From positions 1 to 64,000 of the forward strand of contig JAEOSK010000008.1 in assembly GCA_016840405.1 (NCBI GenBank): a DNA stretch of 64,000 nucleotides. Reading direction: 5' to 3'. Under the pieces are notes generated by a model that saw only the letters and a list, made by a program, of their open reading frames with translations, had not been told where the DNA came from and made no database searches. Both the position numbers and the translations under genes were made by a program. This DNA comes from Candidatus Hermodarchaeum yapensis (lineage in GTDB: Archaea; Asgardarchaeota; Hermodarchaeia; Hermodarchaeales; Hermodarchaeaceae). Positions 40,128 through 49,655 of this stretch are shown here, piece by piece. How positions within the stretch are numbered: the stretch's first letter is position 1; every line of letters begins with the position of its first letter.

Positions 40128-42137
40128 TCATTCGAGTAACAAATCAACTGGTCCTGGTGGTAATACAGCAATAATCTCGTCGATAGTTAGTGTCTTAACC
40201 ATATCCTGTAACTCAGGTGACACGTTTTTTGCAAAATATGCACGTAATTGTTTTGCAGCATCAGAGACTTTCATTGTTCCAGGGATAATAGCTACCCAGC
40301 TCTGGGCTTTTTGTTGAACTACTGATTCTGGTCCTGCAAAAACCAAAGGAAATTCATCTTCTAACAATAAACCAATTGCTAAACGGACTGGGGCGTTTCG
40401 AAGATAGTTTCTCTCACCTCTAACCATTACAGAACCCTTAGGCAGAAACTCTCCAGAAGGTGCACTTAAAGAAACTTGGTCGCTCGATACCCAATATGCA
40501 TCTGCCGCAGGTCTTCCTGCTTTCCATGCTCGTGAATAACTCACAGCGAAAATGGCTATCTCTTCCAGCTCTTTTTCTGAAACTTCTCGTCCTTCAGTTT
40601 TTACCACAACAACTGGAGCCCCAGCGAAATCAGCGTGGAAAAATAAATCTGGGTCTTCTAGGTATTTCCGAATTAATTGTTGATTACTCCCAGCATCTCG
40701 TCCACCTATAACCATTAGATCTTGGGATGTTCTAAACCATCGAAATTTCTCATACCAACGCTTCTTTCGGCGAGGCATAAGTCTATCCGACTCAGCTTTT
40801 ACAAGAGCATCTTCATGTTTCTCTTCCAATTGGGTTATCTTTTGAAGAGTATCCTCGATGGCGATAGTTGCTCCTTTGACTTTCTTTTCAAGTTGCTTAC
40901 TTCGTTGAAACATTTGGTTCGCGTTATCTGTAGCTCCCAATCGCACATCAAGCGATATGGATAGCTCATTCAAAATGATTTGAATTCTTCCCGCCTGAGG
41001 GTTGATACTTTCCAGAATCATGGCTGCCGGGATCTGCTGTTTCTTTCCCTCCTCCAGGCGTTGAGAAATATCCTTCCAGGACACGCTTTGTTTCCTGGCA
41101 TTTTGGATTGTGAACAGCAACTCTTCAACGATATCCAAGTGTTGGTAAATCGCATTAGCTGCTGTTCGACTTTGTTCAGCGCGTGATTGCATTGTTTCAA
41201 GATGTTCTTGTTGCTGTCCTTGTAATCGTCGAAGTTTTGCCAATTCACGTTGATACTTCTCGTCAATTTCCTCTGTAGCAGTCTCCTCTCGAGATGTTGA
41301 ATAGAAGGTATCGAGAGCCTCATTGAAAGTTGAAAACTCACTTACCTTCACGTTCTGATATCGAACACTATTTGCAGGAAGTACTTGAATCGGTTCACCA
41401 TTCTCATCCATTATAATCTGAGGTTTAAGCTGCCCTTCAGCAAGAGTATCAAAATATGAAATCAGTGTTTGGTGCAAGGTTTTTCTCTGCTTCGAAGTCA
41501 GCTTCTTGGCTAAAATAGTTGAATCAATTTCTACTTTGGAAAGAACCTCTTCGGCTGTAGTGCCACTCATGTTCAAACTGCGGACTAGCGTTCGAACAAG
41601 ATCATGTTCAGAGCTATCAAGAATTGAATTCAAATCTTTCAGAGTAATCTCTCTCGGATCAGTTGCTCTTAAGGGTGGAAACTGAAAAGGAGCACCTCGG
41701 ACAATATCACGGTCCCTCATTCGACGATATGTCATTGCTGACACGATTCGATCCTTTGGATCGAGGAGAATTGCATTTCCGCCTCCAAACAACTCGATCA
41801 CAATGGTAAATCGTTTTTCTGGCGGGCCCGCTCGTAAGTAGACGACACGATCAAAATCATGTTGTTCAAGGTCAGTAATTTTGTGATCACGAAGATGTTT
41901 TCGAAGAGCTTTACAAAAGGCACGGAGTTTTGCTTCTCGTTCATAAGTAAGTGATGTAAGGTGCATGTGTTTTCCTGGTTCAATTAGAAGCCAAACCTTA
42001 TTCGGCGTATCACTACTAATTTTAAAAAGCAGCGTACCGTTAAGTTGATAAATATTCAGAATCCATCTCCCGACTACAACGTCCTTTATCTCTCGTAGCA
42101 TAACGAAAATCTCGGACGCTGTCATACTCCTATTCAC
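40128..42137 (-). CDS. rqcH: RqcH/NEMF (Rqc2) ribosome quality-control factor
   Basis: FDRVV, ELFGGGN, WYEKFRWF, GGRDA..N, FHAD..GAP, SGEFL.KGS. Confidence 0.92.
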   Translation of the reverse strand: MNRSMTASEIFVMLREIKDVVVGRWILNIYQLNGTLLFKISSDTPNKVWLLIEPGKHMHLTSLTYEREAKLRAFCKALRKHLRDHKITDLEQHDFDRVVYLRAGPPEKRFTIVIELFGGGNAILLDPKDRIVSAMTYRRMRDRDIVRGAPFQFPPLRATDPREITLKDLNSILDSSEHDLVRTLVRSLNMSGTTAEEVLSKVEIDSTILAKKLTSKQRKTLHQTLISYFDTLAEGQLKPQIIMDENGEPIQVLPANSVRYQNVKVSEFSTFNEALDTFYSTSREETATEEIDEKYQRELAKLRRLQGQQQEHLETMQSRAEQSRTAANAIYQHLDIVEELLFTIQNARKQSVSWKDISQRLEEGKKQQIPAAMILESINPQAGRIQIILNELSISLDVRLGATDNANQMFQRSKQLEKKVKGATIAIEDTLQKITQLEEKHEDALVKAESDRLMPRRKKRWYEKFRWFRTSQDLMVIGGRDAGSNQQLIRKYLEDPDLFFHADFAGAPVVVVKTEGREVSEKELEEIAIFAVSYSRAWKAGRPAADAYWVSSDQVSLSAPSGEFLPKGSVMVRGERNYLRNAPVRLAIGLLLEDEFPLVFAGPESVVQQKAQSWVAIIPGTMKVSDAAKQLRAYFAKNVSPELQDMVKTLTIDEIIAVLPPGPVDLLLE

Positions 42138-42149
42138 GGGTGTTCACCA

Positions 42150-42479
42150 TTGTCAGATGAAACGAAATCTTGGTTTAATCGGCTCTCTCCTGAGGATTTG
42201 ATTTATTATACGCGCCTAATCTTCGCTCTTATTGCTGCAGCTATTGCCCTAGGTTTAAACCTTTCTGGTCCACTTGGCATATTCGGTTTTGTCATAGGGA
42301 TAACGTTAGTAGTTATTTCTTACTTCATCGCTCTGTTCCTTTTTCGCATTTCTCCTGACCAGGTTGGCGGTCACCTGAGAGGGTTGATGAAGGGTTTGGG
42401 TACAGGCGTTCTCCTGTTTTTGGTTATCTGGCTGCTGGTGTATAACTTCATTTATTGGGCTACATTATCGATTCCCTAA
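42150..42479 (+). CDS. EMC6/Rab5-interacting-protein-like membrane protein
   Basis: 109 aa, three TM helices, IYY.R...A, L.L.G..G..GF, terminal F...W.L.YN. Confidence 0.6.
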   Translation: MSDETKSWFNRLSPEDLIYYTRLIFALIAAAIALGLNLSGPLGIFGFVIGITLVVISYFIALFLFRISPDQVGGHLRGLMKGLGTGVLLFLVIWLLVYNFIYWATLSIP

Positions 42480-42581
42480 CAGGATTGAAGAATCCTTTTA
42501 ATAGCTGGGCGTTCTTTGAGAAAACCTTAATAGGGGACCTCTTCTAAAGTTGTTTTAGGATTTTTTCGTCGAGGGAGTTTA

Positions 42582-43109
42582 GTGAAACTTGATGACAAGG
42601 ATATGCGTATCCTCTCTTTACTTCAAAAGGATGGGCGTGCAAAGTACACACAAATCGCACGAACGTTATCGAAAGCTATGAATCAGAATATTCCAGATAC
42701 AACCATTCTGTTTCGTATTCGGAAACTTCAGCAAGCTGGAGTTATCAAACGGTTTACAGTCAGCATTGATCAAGAGATGTTAGGGTACACTGTGTATGGC
42801 GTGTTGGTTGTTGAAATTGGTGGGCATATCCTTCGCGATATCACAGTAGAGCATACCCAAAAAATTAAGGCAGATCTTGAAAGCCGGGCGAATGTCATTT
42901 TTCTTGCATTGAATGAGAATGAAACCGGCATATTTGCGATAATTCTCGGTAAACAGCCATCAGACCTTGAAGAGATTTTTAACACGCTTAAAGACAACCC
43001 AGATGTTGTTGACGCAAAATTATGGTTCCTTAAGCAACCGACGAAAGGTGACGGTCTTATTGGAACAGGCTTGCCAATCATTGAAATGGAGGAAATCGAA
43101 GATGTCTGA
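42582..43109 (+). CDS. Lrp/AsnC-family regulator
   Basis: LDDKD..IL..LQ.DGR, RIRKL...GVIKRF. Confidence 0.88.
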   Translation: MKLDDKDMRILSLLQKDGRAKYTQIARTLSKAMNQNIPDTTILFRIRKLQQAGVIKRFTVSIDQEMLGYTVYGVLVVEIGGHILRDITVEHTQKIKADLESRANVIFLALNENETGIFAIILGKQPSDLEEIFNTLKDNPDVVDAKLWFLKQPTKGDGLIGTGLPIIEMEEIEDV

Positions 43110-43839
43110 AACATCAGAACGCGTGAAAACAGGAATTCCAGGATTAGATGGAATCCTTCACGGAGGGTTTATTCCTGGTAGTAATGTGCTCGTCTCCGGC
43201 GGGGCAGGTACAGGGAAGACCATTTTTTGTATGCAGTTTCTTCAATCTGGAGCAATGAAATTTGGAGATAACGGGGTCTTTGTTACGTTAGAAGAACGGC
43301 CAAAAGAGTTGCGACGCGAAGCCGAAAGGTTTGGGTGGAATTTTGAGAAGCTGCAAGAAGAAGAAAAGCTCATTATCGTGGATGCAGCTTCCAGTAAAGC
43401 AGGATTACCAACCACCGAACCACATGCAATTCGCACAGGTTTGGATATTAATGCTCTTGCACAAGAAATCTATCGGGTCACCAAACGAATTAATGCACGA
43501 CGCATTGTCATTGACTCTGTATCCGGTCTTGGTATTCGTTTCGAAGGAATAGCCGCGGTCAGGAACGCAATCTTCAAACTTTCAAGCCTTCTCCGAGAAC
43601 TTGGCGCTACTTCGATTATGACCTCGGAAGTTGCAGAGGGGTCAACGGGTTTTAGCCGATATGGAGTAGAGGAATTTATTGCCCAAGGGTTAATCATCCT
43701 CTCACTTACTGAGCAGGATAGAGAACTCCGACGAAGTCTAGTTGTTCGGAAAATGCGTCAAACTGGTCATAGCTTGAAACGATTTCCCTTTGAAATCAGT
43801 AGTTCCGGGCTTGTAGTCATGCCAGGTGGCGAACTATAG
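43102..43839 (+). CDS. KaiC/RecA-superfamily ATPase (single domain)
   Basis: TGIPGLD, GGAGTGKT, TLEE, VIDS, KMRQTGH; overlaps the Lrp stop. Confidence 0.9.
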   Translation: MSETSERVKTGIPGLDGILHGGFIPGSNVLVSGGAGTGKTIFCMQFLQSGAMKFGDNGVFVTLEERPKELRREAERFGWNFEKLQEEEKLIIVDAASSKAGLPTTEPHAIRTGLDINALAQEIYRVTKRINARRIVIDSVSGLGIRFEGIAAVRNAIFKLSSLLRELGATSIMTSEVAEGSTGFSRYGVEEFIAQGLIILSLTEQDRELRRSLVVRKMRQTGHSLKRFPFEISSSGLVVMPGGEL

Positions 43840-43840
43840 T

Positions 43841-44440
43841 TTAGCTTGGGATAAATATTGGTCCGCTTACTAAAATTAACAAGACTAGATAAGATACAAA
43901 AAAATACAAAATCAATGGAACGACAACAGGTTTCCACGCAATAAAATCTGGTGTGGTTGGCTTTCTCTCTAGTCGCCTTGTAACCCAGAACACCTTCTTC
44001 TCCGATTTAATGGCATCAATATGGTTAGGAGCAATATGCTTCCAAGTAATGAGATTCTGAATTAAGACAACTAGGCTATGTACTCCAACCAAGAGAAAAC
44101 CTCCTAACAAAATGAAAAACGGGACTAATAACAGCCAAACAATGTCAAGGATGATCCAAGGGTAGGTCAGAGAGATTATTAGGATGGCCTTACCATCGGC
44201 TCCGCCAATTATTCCGATTCGAAATCCAACAATTACTAGGATGAAAATCAACAATGTTTGCAATACGTAGGGGAGAAGAAAACCAGTAACAATCATTCGG
44301 AAACTGGCGATGGGTATCCCAAACAATCCAATAATCCATACCCAGTTTGTGACGATGTTAGTTTGAACATCTTTTATTGACGCAAATAGAAGTACAAAGA
44401 AAATTAAAATTACAGTAATAAAACCGAGAATGATCTCCAA
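43841..44440 (-). CDS. A24 prepilin/preflagellin peptidase (PibD/FlaK-like)
   Basis: First Asp in SIKD, GGADGK, terminal VPL..YF; multi-TM. Confidence 0.8.
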   Translation of the reverse strand: MEIILGFITVILIFFVLLFASIKDVQTNIVTNWVWIIGLFGIPIASFRMIVTGFLLPYVLQTLLIFILVIVGFRIGIIGGADGKAILIISLTYPWIILDIVWLLLVPFFILLGGFLLVGVHSLVVLIQNLITWKHIAPNHIDAIKSEKKVFWVTRRLERKPTTPDFIAWKPVVVPLILYFFVSYLVLLILVSGPIFIPS

Positions 44441-44510
44441 TAGCTACCCTCAAGTTAACCTGACATAACAGAATATTTTACGTAAATATCGAATCTGTTC
44501 ACAAGTTGCT

Positions 44511-44540
44511 AAGAGAACTAGTACATAAAGTTAACAAAGA
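44511..44540 (-). repeat. Motif B (30 bp), copy of 57149-57178; contains BRE-TATA-like GTTAAC-TTTATGTA
   Basis: AAGAGAACTAGTACATAAAGTTAACAAAGA; 29/30 identical to the reverse complement of 57149-57178. Confidence 0.9.
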
Positions 44541-44658
44541 GTTGCTATCCCCTTTAAGCTCCTACATATGTTATCAAACCACTTATCGCCCTCTCTCCTC
44601 TGCCCATAATCCCCTTTATTACAAATAACTAATGGAAATCTCTAAACGAGGTATCCTA

Positions 44659-44779
44659 TCGATCACTTGACCCAAAGTGGTCGAAAAGCAGTCCCGGAAG
44701 CCTTCGCAGTGGACGGGATAGAGGGTGTGGGGTTACACCCAGATTCGGTGACCGTTTGATGCAAATCGGTGATAGAATC
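44659..44779 (+). ncRNA. Orphan structured RNA, IS110 bridge/seek-RNA-like
   Basis: Four consecutive stems in a GC-rich patch: 44659-68/44675-84, 44691-96/44714-19, 44723-28/44735-40, 44742-46/44775-79 with an inner stem. The family assignment is from recalled sequence pattern only. Confidence 0.55.
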
Positions 44780-44799
44780 AAATGAAAATTGTAGATTTA

Positions 44800-44819
44800 C
44801 ACTATTCTCGATAACCTAA
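44800..44819 (-). repeat. Motif A (20 bp), copy of 57119-57138
   Basis: CACTATTCTCGATAACCTAA; exact reverse complement of 57119-57138. Confidence 0.9.
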
Positions 44820-44842
44820 AGGTCCTAGAAAGTATCTGAGCA

Positions 44843-45103
44843 TTAGGTGTCAGCTACATTTCTTTGTCGAAGAAATCGGAAGTAGGCATAAAGGCCTATA
44901 ATTAATAGGCCGATGACTTCGACGCTGACACCGATTATGAGCAATAGCCATGTTGGTCCAATTTGTCCTGTGATTGTTCCCACGAAAATAACACCTACGC
45001 CACTAAATAGCAGGATGAAAATCAGTAGTGCTTCAAGGAAAGTTCCTAAACGGCTAACTATTGATCGAATACGGGTTCTTCCTGTTGACATAGTGGTCAC
45101 CAC
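44843..45103 (-). CDS. Small two-TM membrane protein
   Basis: Two hydrophobic helices flanked by basic residues. Confidence 0.6.
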   Translation of the reverse strand: MVTTMSTGRTRIRSIVSRLGTFLEALLIFILLFSGVGVIFVGTITGQIGPTWLLLIIGVSVEVIGLLIIGLYAYFRFLRQRNVADT

Positions 45104-45237
45104 ATATGATTATCAGGTTAAGTTTTCGGGTTGGAAAAGAGCAGTATAAAGAATGGCATATAAATGTACTTTTAGGGCTAGGACTTGTTTTTTTCTTGGC
45201 ATGACTTGTTAGTAACAAATACGGTGAACGAATTATA

Positions 45238-45534
45238 TTATATGGCTTTAATTATGACTTGTTTAACAGCCAGCTCGCAAACCTTTCTGACACCATGCTC
45301 GCCTGGTTCATAGTGACTTTTAAGAAGACCTGCCTGTTCAAGGATTTTAACCTGAGCGCTAATATTCGCCTCCGTTTGTTTTAACGCTTCAGCAATTCGG
45401 CTAACATCCATACTCTTATCCCGAAGAAGAGAAATGATGCGCCATCTTGTTTGACTTGAAAGCGCTTTAGCCACACGAGGAACTTCTTCATCTGGAACTT
45501 CAAATCGTTCTTTCAAATTAACAGAACCTGCCAC
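45238..45534 (-). CDS. ArsR-family HTH regulator
   Basis: KALSSQTRWRII, ISAQVKILEQAGLL, G.RKVC. Confidence 0.85.
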   Translation of the reverse strand: MAGSVNLKERFEVPDEEVPRVAKALSSQTRWRIISLLRDKSMDVSRIAEALKQTEANISAQVKILEQAGLLKSHYEPGEHGVRKVCELAVKQVIIKAI

Positions 45535-45702
45535 AATAAATCAATTAGATAGCCCTTCTCATAGGCTCTCCTTAATATACGTTTCCCAGTGAAATAGTTC
45601 ACTAAGGTTTTTACCAATAATTTGGCTTTTTATTCAAAAAGGGGTTGACTCAATTGGCGACTTACTCCCAATAGGTTTTTGTCGGCATAACACAGATTTC
45701 AC

Positions 45703-46611
45703 ATGATTGATTTGCATCGACTAGCAAAAATTCTAAGGGAGCTCAAGCCGGATGAAGTATCAGTTCTTCAAACCATTGAAGCATTAGTACATCGGTTTGA
45801 ATATGTTCCAATTGAAGAACTTGAAAAGAAGATAGATCTTGAAGCGGATGACATATTGTTTCTTCTCGGGCAACTTAACAAAGTGCGTTTGGTGAAACGT
45901 CAAAAGGAACATTACTTGGGATACAGCATAACTCAGGCGGGATATGATGCTTTAGTTCTTTATGATTTAGCGATAAAAGATGTCATCGTTTCTTTAGGAC
46001 AACCTTACGGTGTTGGCAAGGAATCAACAGTATATCGTGCTCTTGATCCTAAAGAAACAGAAGTTGCCGTGAAATTTCTACGGTGGGGACGTTCAAGTTT
46101 TAAAAAAGTACGTCGACTTCGACGGCTTAAGGATGATACCATCTCTTCGTGGATGAATGTCAGTAAACAAGCGGCTGAACGAGAATTCAAAGCTTTGCGA
46201 GTTATGCACCGTTTAGGAGGTCTAGTGCCAGAACCAATAGCAATTAATCGGCATGTAATTGTGATGTCTCAGATGACTGGTGATCTCCTGCTTGATATGA
46301 TTGAATTAGAGCGCCCAGGAGTTATATTAGATCAGATATTATCCCAAGTTCAGCTAGCATACCATAAAGCAGAGCTAGTCCATGGAGATCTCAGTGAATA
46401 CAATATCTTTGTTGAAGAAAACGAACAGATCATAATTTTTGATTGGCCGCAGTGGCAACCAATTACTCATCCTAATGCTCATTGGTTACTCAAACGTGAT
46501 ATCACAAATATTCTTACATTTTTCAAACGCCGATTCAGAATTACTTATGATGTTGATGAAACACTAGAAAAATTAACGGCTGGGACGGATAGGAAGAACA
46601 AGAATGAATGA
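45703..46611 (+). CDS. rio2: RIO2 atypical serine/threonine kinase
   Basis: N-terminal wHTH, GYDAL, GVGKES, HGDLSEYNI, IFDWPQ. Confidence 0.92.
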   Translation: MIDLHRLAKILRELKPDEVSVLQTIEALVHRFEYVPIEELEKKIDLEADDILFLLGQLNKVRLVKRQKEHYLGYSITQAGYDALVLYDLAIKDVIVSLGQPYGVGKESTVYRALDPKETEVAVKFLRWGRSSFKKVRRLRRLKDDTISSWMNVSKQAAEREFKALRVMHRLGGLVPEPIAINRHVIVMSQMTGDLLLDMIELERPGVILDQILSQVQLAYHKAELVHGDLSEYNIFVEENEQIIIFDWPQWQPITHPNAHWLLKRDITNILTFFKRRFRITYDVDETLEKLTAGTDRKNKNE

Positions 46612-48676
46612 AACCCCTTTACTACGAATCATTGGTTTTGATATTCTACCTCAAAGTTCTCCTTCCTCTAAGAAATCCCCTCGATATGCTTCGGTACTAA
46701 TGGAAGGAGAACTCCTTGAAACTAACAGTTCGATTCGACGAAGTGAATTATTAAAGATGGTTCGTAGAGTTGAACCTGATATTATTGCAACCGATAATTT
46801 ATTTGAGCTATCTGCCACCGAGAAGGGCGTTATTGAATTTTTATCTAGAATCCCATCAAAAACACGCGTGATCCAAGTCACGGGTTCCCCTGTTCACGGA
46901 ATGACATCTCTCACAAAACTGGCACGAAGGCATGGCTTTCCTGTGAAGAAACATCCAATTCCAGTTGAGACAGCTATTCTGATCTCCCAACTAGCTTCAT
47001 TAGGTGTGGGTACTGAAATATCGGTTTTAGCCCGTGAAACTCGAATTGTTGTTTCCAGAGCCCGTAATGTCGGACCTGGTGGCTTTTCGCAAGCACGATT
47101 TCAACGACGAATGCATGGTTCAATTCAACAAACGGCTCGTAACATATTAGACAAATTGACCAAGGCTGAAATCGATTACGATCAGTATGAAACCCGAACC
47201 CAACATGGTTGGTCACGGTGTATGATTCATGTGTACGAATCCTATGACACTGTTTGCACTGTTGTCCAATCGGAAGTTAACCGAATCGCTGGCGTAGCCG
47301 TTAGAATAGCTCCTGTAAAACATCGATCAATTCTTTATCTTCCCCGGGATGACAAAAAAGAAGAAATCGGTCAACGACGATTACTGGTTGTAGGGATTGA
47401 CGCAGGAACTACAATAGGGATTGCAATAACAGATATTTCCGGAAACCTAGTAGCTCTTCGAAGTAGTCGAGGATTATCTCGTGGTGATGTTATCCGATAT
47501 ATCGTCGAGTTTGGGAAACCAATTCTACTCGCATCAGATGTATTTCCAGCACCCAGTTTTATCGAAAAACTAAGCACTACACTTCAAACACAGCTTTTTA
47601 CTCCAGACAAATTGATGGCCGTCGTTGAAAAAAGGAAATTGGCAAAATCCTTTACGGCAGACTCGCAATTTCGTTCAAGTAATGCTCATCAACGAGATGC
47701 CCTTGCGGCCGTTGCTAAGGTCTTCCAAGTTTATAGTAAGAAGCTTGAATTACTTAACAAGCGTTTGCAAGAAAGTGAACAACGCCATTCGGTTTCTGAA
47801 GCTACCGTCTTAGTCTTACAAGGCGGTTCAGTACATGATGCTCTTAGTCAATCTATAATACCTACAGAAATTGAAAAATTTCCATCGAAGCCCAGCAAAC
47901 CCATTGAACCGACTGAAAAACCCCGAACCCCGCAGGAACTTCAACAAATCGTTGATCGTTTAACACGCCAAGTTGAATCACTTCAACGTCAACTGGAATC
48001 TGAACGAAATCAACACCAACAGAGTGTAGAACACCAGAAAAAGCTTGAAAAGGAAATTCAGCAAATCCAGCGTCAATTGAATCGTTCGTTAAGCGCAGAA
48101 CAACGAGAACACCGTCGCGATGAACGAATTCTCCGGAAGGAAGCAGAGATTCACCGTCTTGAAAAGAAAATACGTACGCAAAGTTTTGAACTTGAACGAA
48201 TTAAACGCAATATAACAAATCTCAAATTAATGCGTCGACTGGAAATGCTCGGAGAAGTACAACCGGTAATCGTACTCTCACATTTTTCGCAAGAAGAAAT
48301 TCGACAGTTGGGTGAAAGGTATCCTCAGGATAAAAAACGCAAAGTCGTGTTCATTCAGGATCCTAGTGGGGGTGGAAGCTCAACCGCAAACCAACTTGTA
48401 CAGTTTGGTGTTCAAATTGTAATTACTCAAGGGACGATGTCCCATTTAGCGCTCCAGAAATTCAGTGCTGCACATATTCCAGTACTAGACGCAAAATCTC
48501 TGCGAATCACTATTGTTGATGAATTTGCAGTTGTCGATGTTGAACAATTGAGTTTAGAAATCACAAAATGGCAAGAACGTCATCAGGTTTCTGAACGTGA
48601 GGCCGCCGCCGACAATCTAGAACGCCTAATTGAAGAATATCGACAAGAGCGACGGAATAAAACCTCGGATAAATGA
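46604..48676 (+). CDS. DUF460 domain coiled-coil protein
   Basis: ATDNLFEL, GGFSQ.R, VGIDAGTT, HQRDALAA, long coiled coil. Confidence 0.88.
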   Translation: MNETPLLRIIGFDILPQSSPSSKKSPRYASVLMEGELLETNSSIRRSELLKMVRRVEPDIIATDNLFELSATEKGVIEFLSRIPSKTRVIQVTGSPVHGMTSLTKLARRHGFPVKKHPIPVETAILISQLASLGVGTEISVLARETRIVVSRARNVGPGGFSQARFQRRMHGSIQQTARNILDKLTKAEIDYDQYETRTQHGWSRCMIHVYESYDTVCTVVQSEVNRIAGVAVRIAPVKHRSILYLPRDDKKEEIGQRRLLVVGIDAGTTIGIAITDISGNLVALRSSRGLSRGDVIRYIVEFGKPILLASDVFPAPSFIEKLSTTLQTQLFTPDKLMAVVEKRKLAKSFTADSQFRSSNAHQRDALAAVAKVFQVYSKKLELLNKRLQESEQRHSVSEATVLVLQGGSVHDALSQSIIPTEIEKFPSKPSKPIEPTEKPRTPQELQQIVDRLTRQVESLQRQLESERNQHQQSVEHQKKLEKEIQQIQRQLNRSLSAEQREHRRDERILRKEAEIHRLEKKIRTQSFELERIKRNITNLKLMRRLEMLGEVQPVIVLSHFSQEEIRQLGERYPQDKKRKVVFIQDPSGGGSSTANQLVQFGVQIVITQGTMSHLALQKFSAAHIPVLDAKSLRITIVDEFAVVDVEQLSLEITKWQERHQVSEREAAADNLERLIEEYRQERRNKTSDK

Positions 48677-48715
48677 TATATTCCTTCTAAAGGGCATTTT
48701 CCCTGAAATTTTGTA

Positions 48716-48967
48716 CTATTCTTTATTATCCCAAATAATCTGGGTTAAATCCGGTTTTATGTACAAGATGTTGTTACCCCGAATTAAGACTTCACCGAAC
48801 TTTGCTGTGGGGTTACCCTCCATCAGTTCTTCGGCCCCCTCTAACACAAGGTTCATGTACACATCAATTTCTTTAAGGCGACCTCGGTATTCCTTACCAT
48901 CCTTGAGCTTAATCAACACTAAGTTGCTTGTAGCCTTTTGAAGAATTTTTATAGGCTGATTTTCCAC
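48716..48967 (-). CDS. Sm-like (Lsm) protein
   Basis: Sm1 (G.L..ID.YMNLVL..AEE) and Sm2 (IRGNNI) motifs; GTG start with GAGGT RBS. Confidence 0.93.
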   Translation of the reverse strand: MENQPIKILQKATSNLVLIKLKDGKEYRGRLKEIDVYMNLVLEGAEELMEGNPTAKFGEVLIRGNNILYIKPDLTQIIWDNKE

Positions 48968-49053
48968 GATATTCGACCTCGGGGGTACACCTGCTAACAA
49001 TGAAATGCCACTTAAAGATAACGGTCAAAGGGATAGCTAAGGGGAAAAACGAA

Positions 49054-49593
49054 TTACTCTTTCAAGACTTTGATGATTAGTCCGTTATCTTCGTTGGCAA
49101 GATTGTGAAAACGAGTCAGGATGGCAAACTCCAGGTGAAGCATTTCTTCAATTTCTTGGAGTGAAAGGGTTTTTGCCAAGGTGGTTACTGCCAGTATTCC
49201 ATCAGCTTGAATGGCTCGTTCTAGTTCTTGAATGCCCTGTGAAATATCAGTCAAGTTTTGTAATACTGTAATACTAACAACGGTTGGAAACACATGATTT
49301 CGAAATGGTAACATTTCCGCTGAAGCAACTACTAACATAATTGATTCATCTCTGGGTTTGAAGTCTTTGATTAGTTCTAAAGCGATTCGCAGCATCTCAA
49401 CGGACCCATCAACACCAATTACCGGGCGAAAATCGAATAACGCTGACAGACCAATACCTGTTCCAATCCCTACATCCAAAACTGGGCTCTCAATTAGGTA
49501 GGTCACTATCGCTTGGTATTTTGTTTGCTGGATTTGTAGATATCGATTATGGTAACTTTTCGCTGATTCATCATACAGGCGAATTTTTTTCAC
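49054..49593 (-). CDS. Class I SAM-dependent methyltransferase
   Basis: VLDVGIGTG, GVDGS.EML, AEMLPF. Confidence 0.87.
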   Translation of the reverse strand: MKKIRLYDESAKSYHNRYLQIQQTKYQAIVTYLIESPVLDVGIGTGIGLSALFDFRPVIGVDGSVEMLRIALELIKDFKPRDESIMLVVASAEMLPFRNHVFPTVVSITVLQNLTDISQGIQELERAIQADGILAVTTLAKTLSLQEIEEMLHLEFAILTRFHNLANEDNGLIIKVLKE

Positions 49594-49655
49594 AATTCCA
49601 TACTACGAGTAAATACTTATTTAGAATTACGGGCTGACTTCGAAGGGAATCTAAG

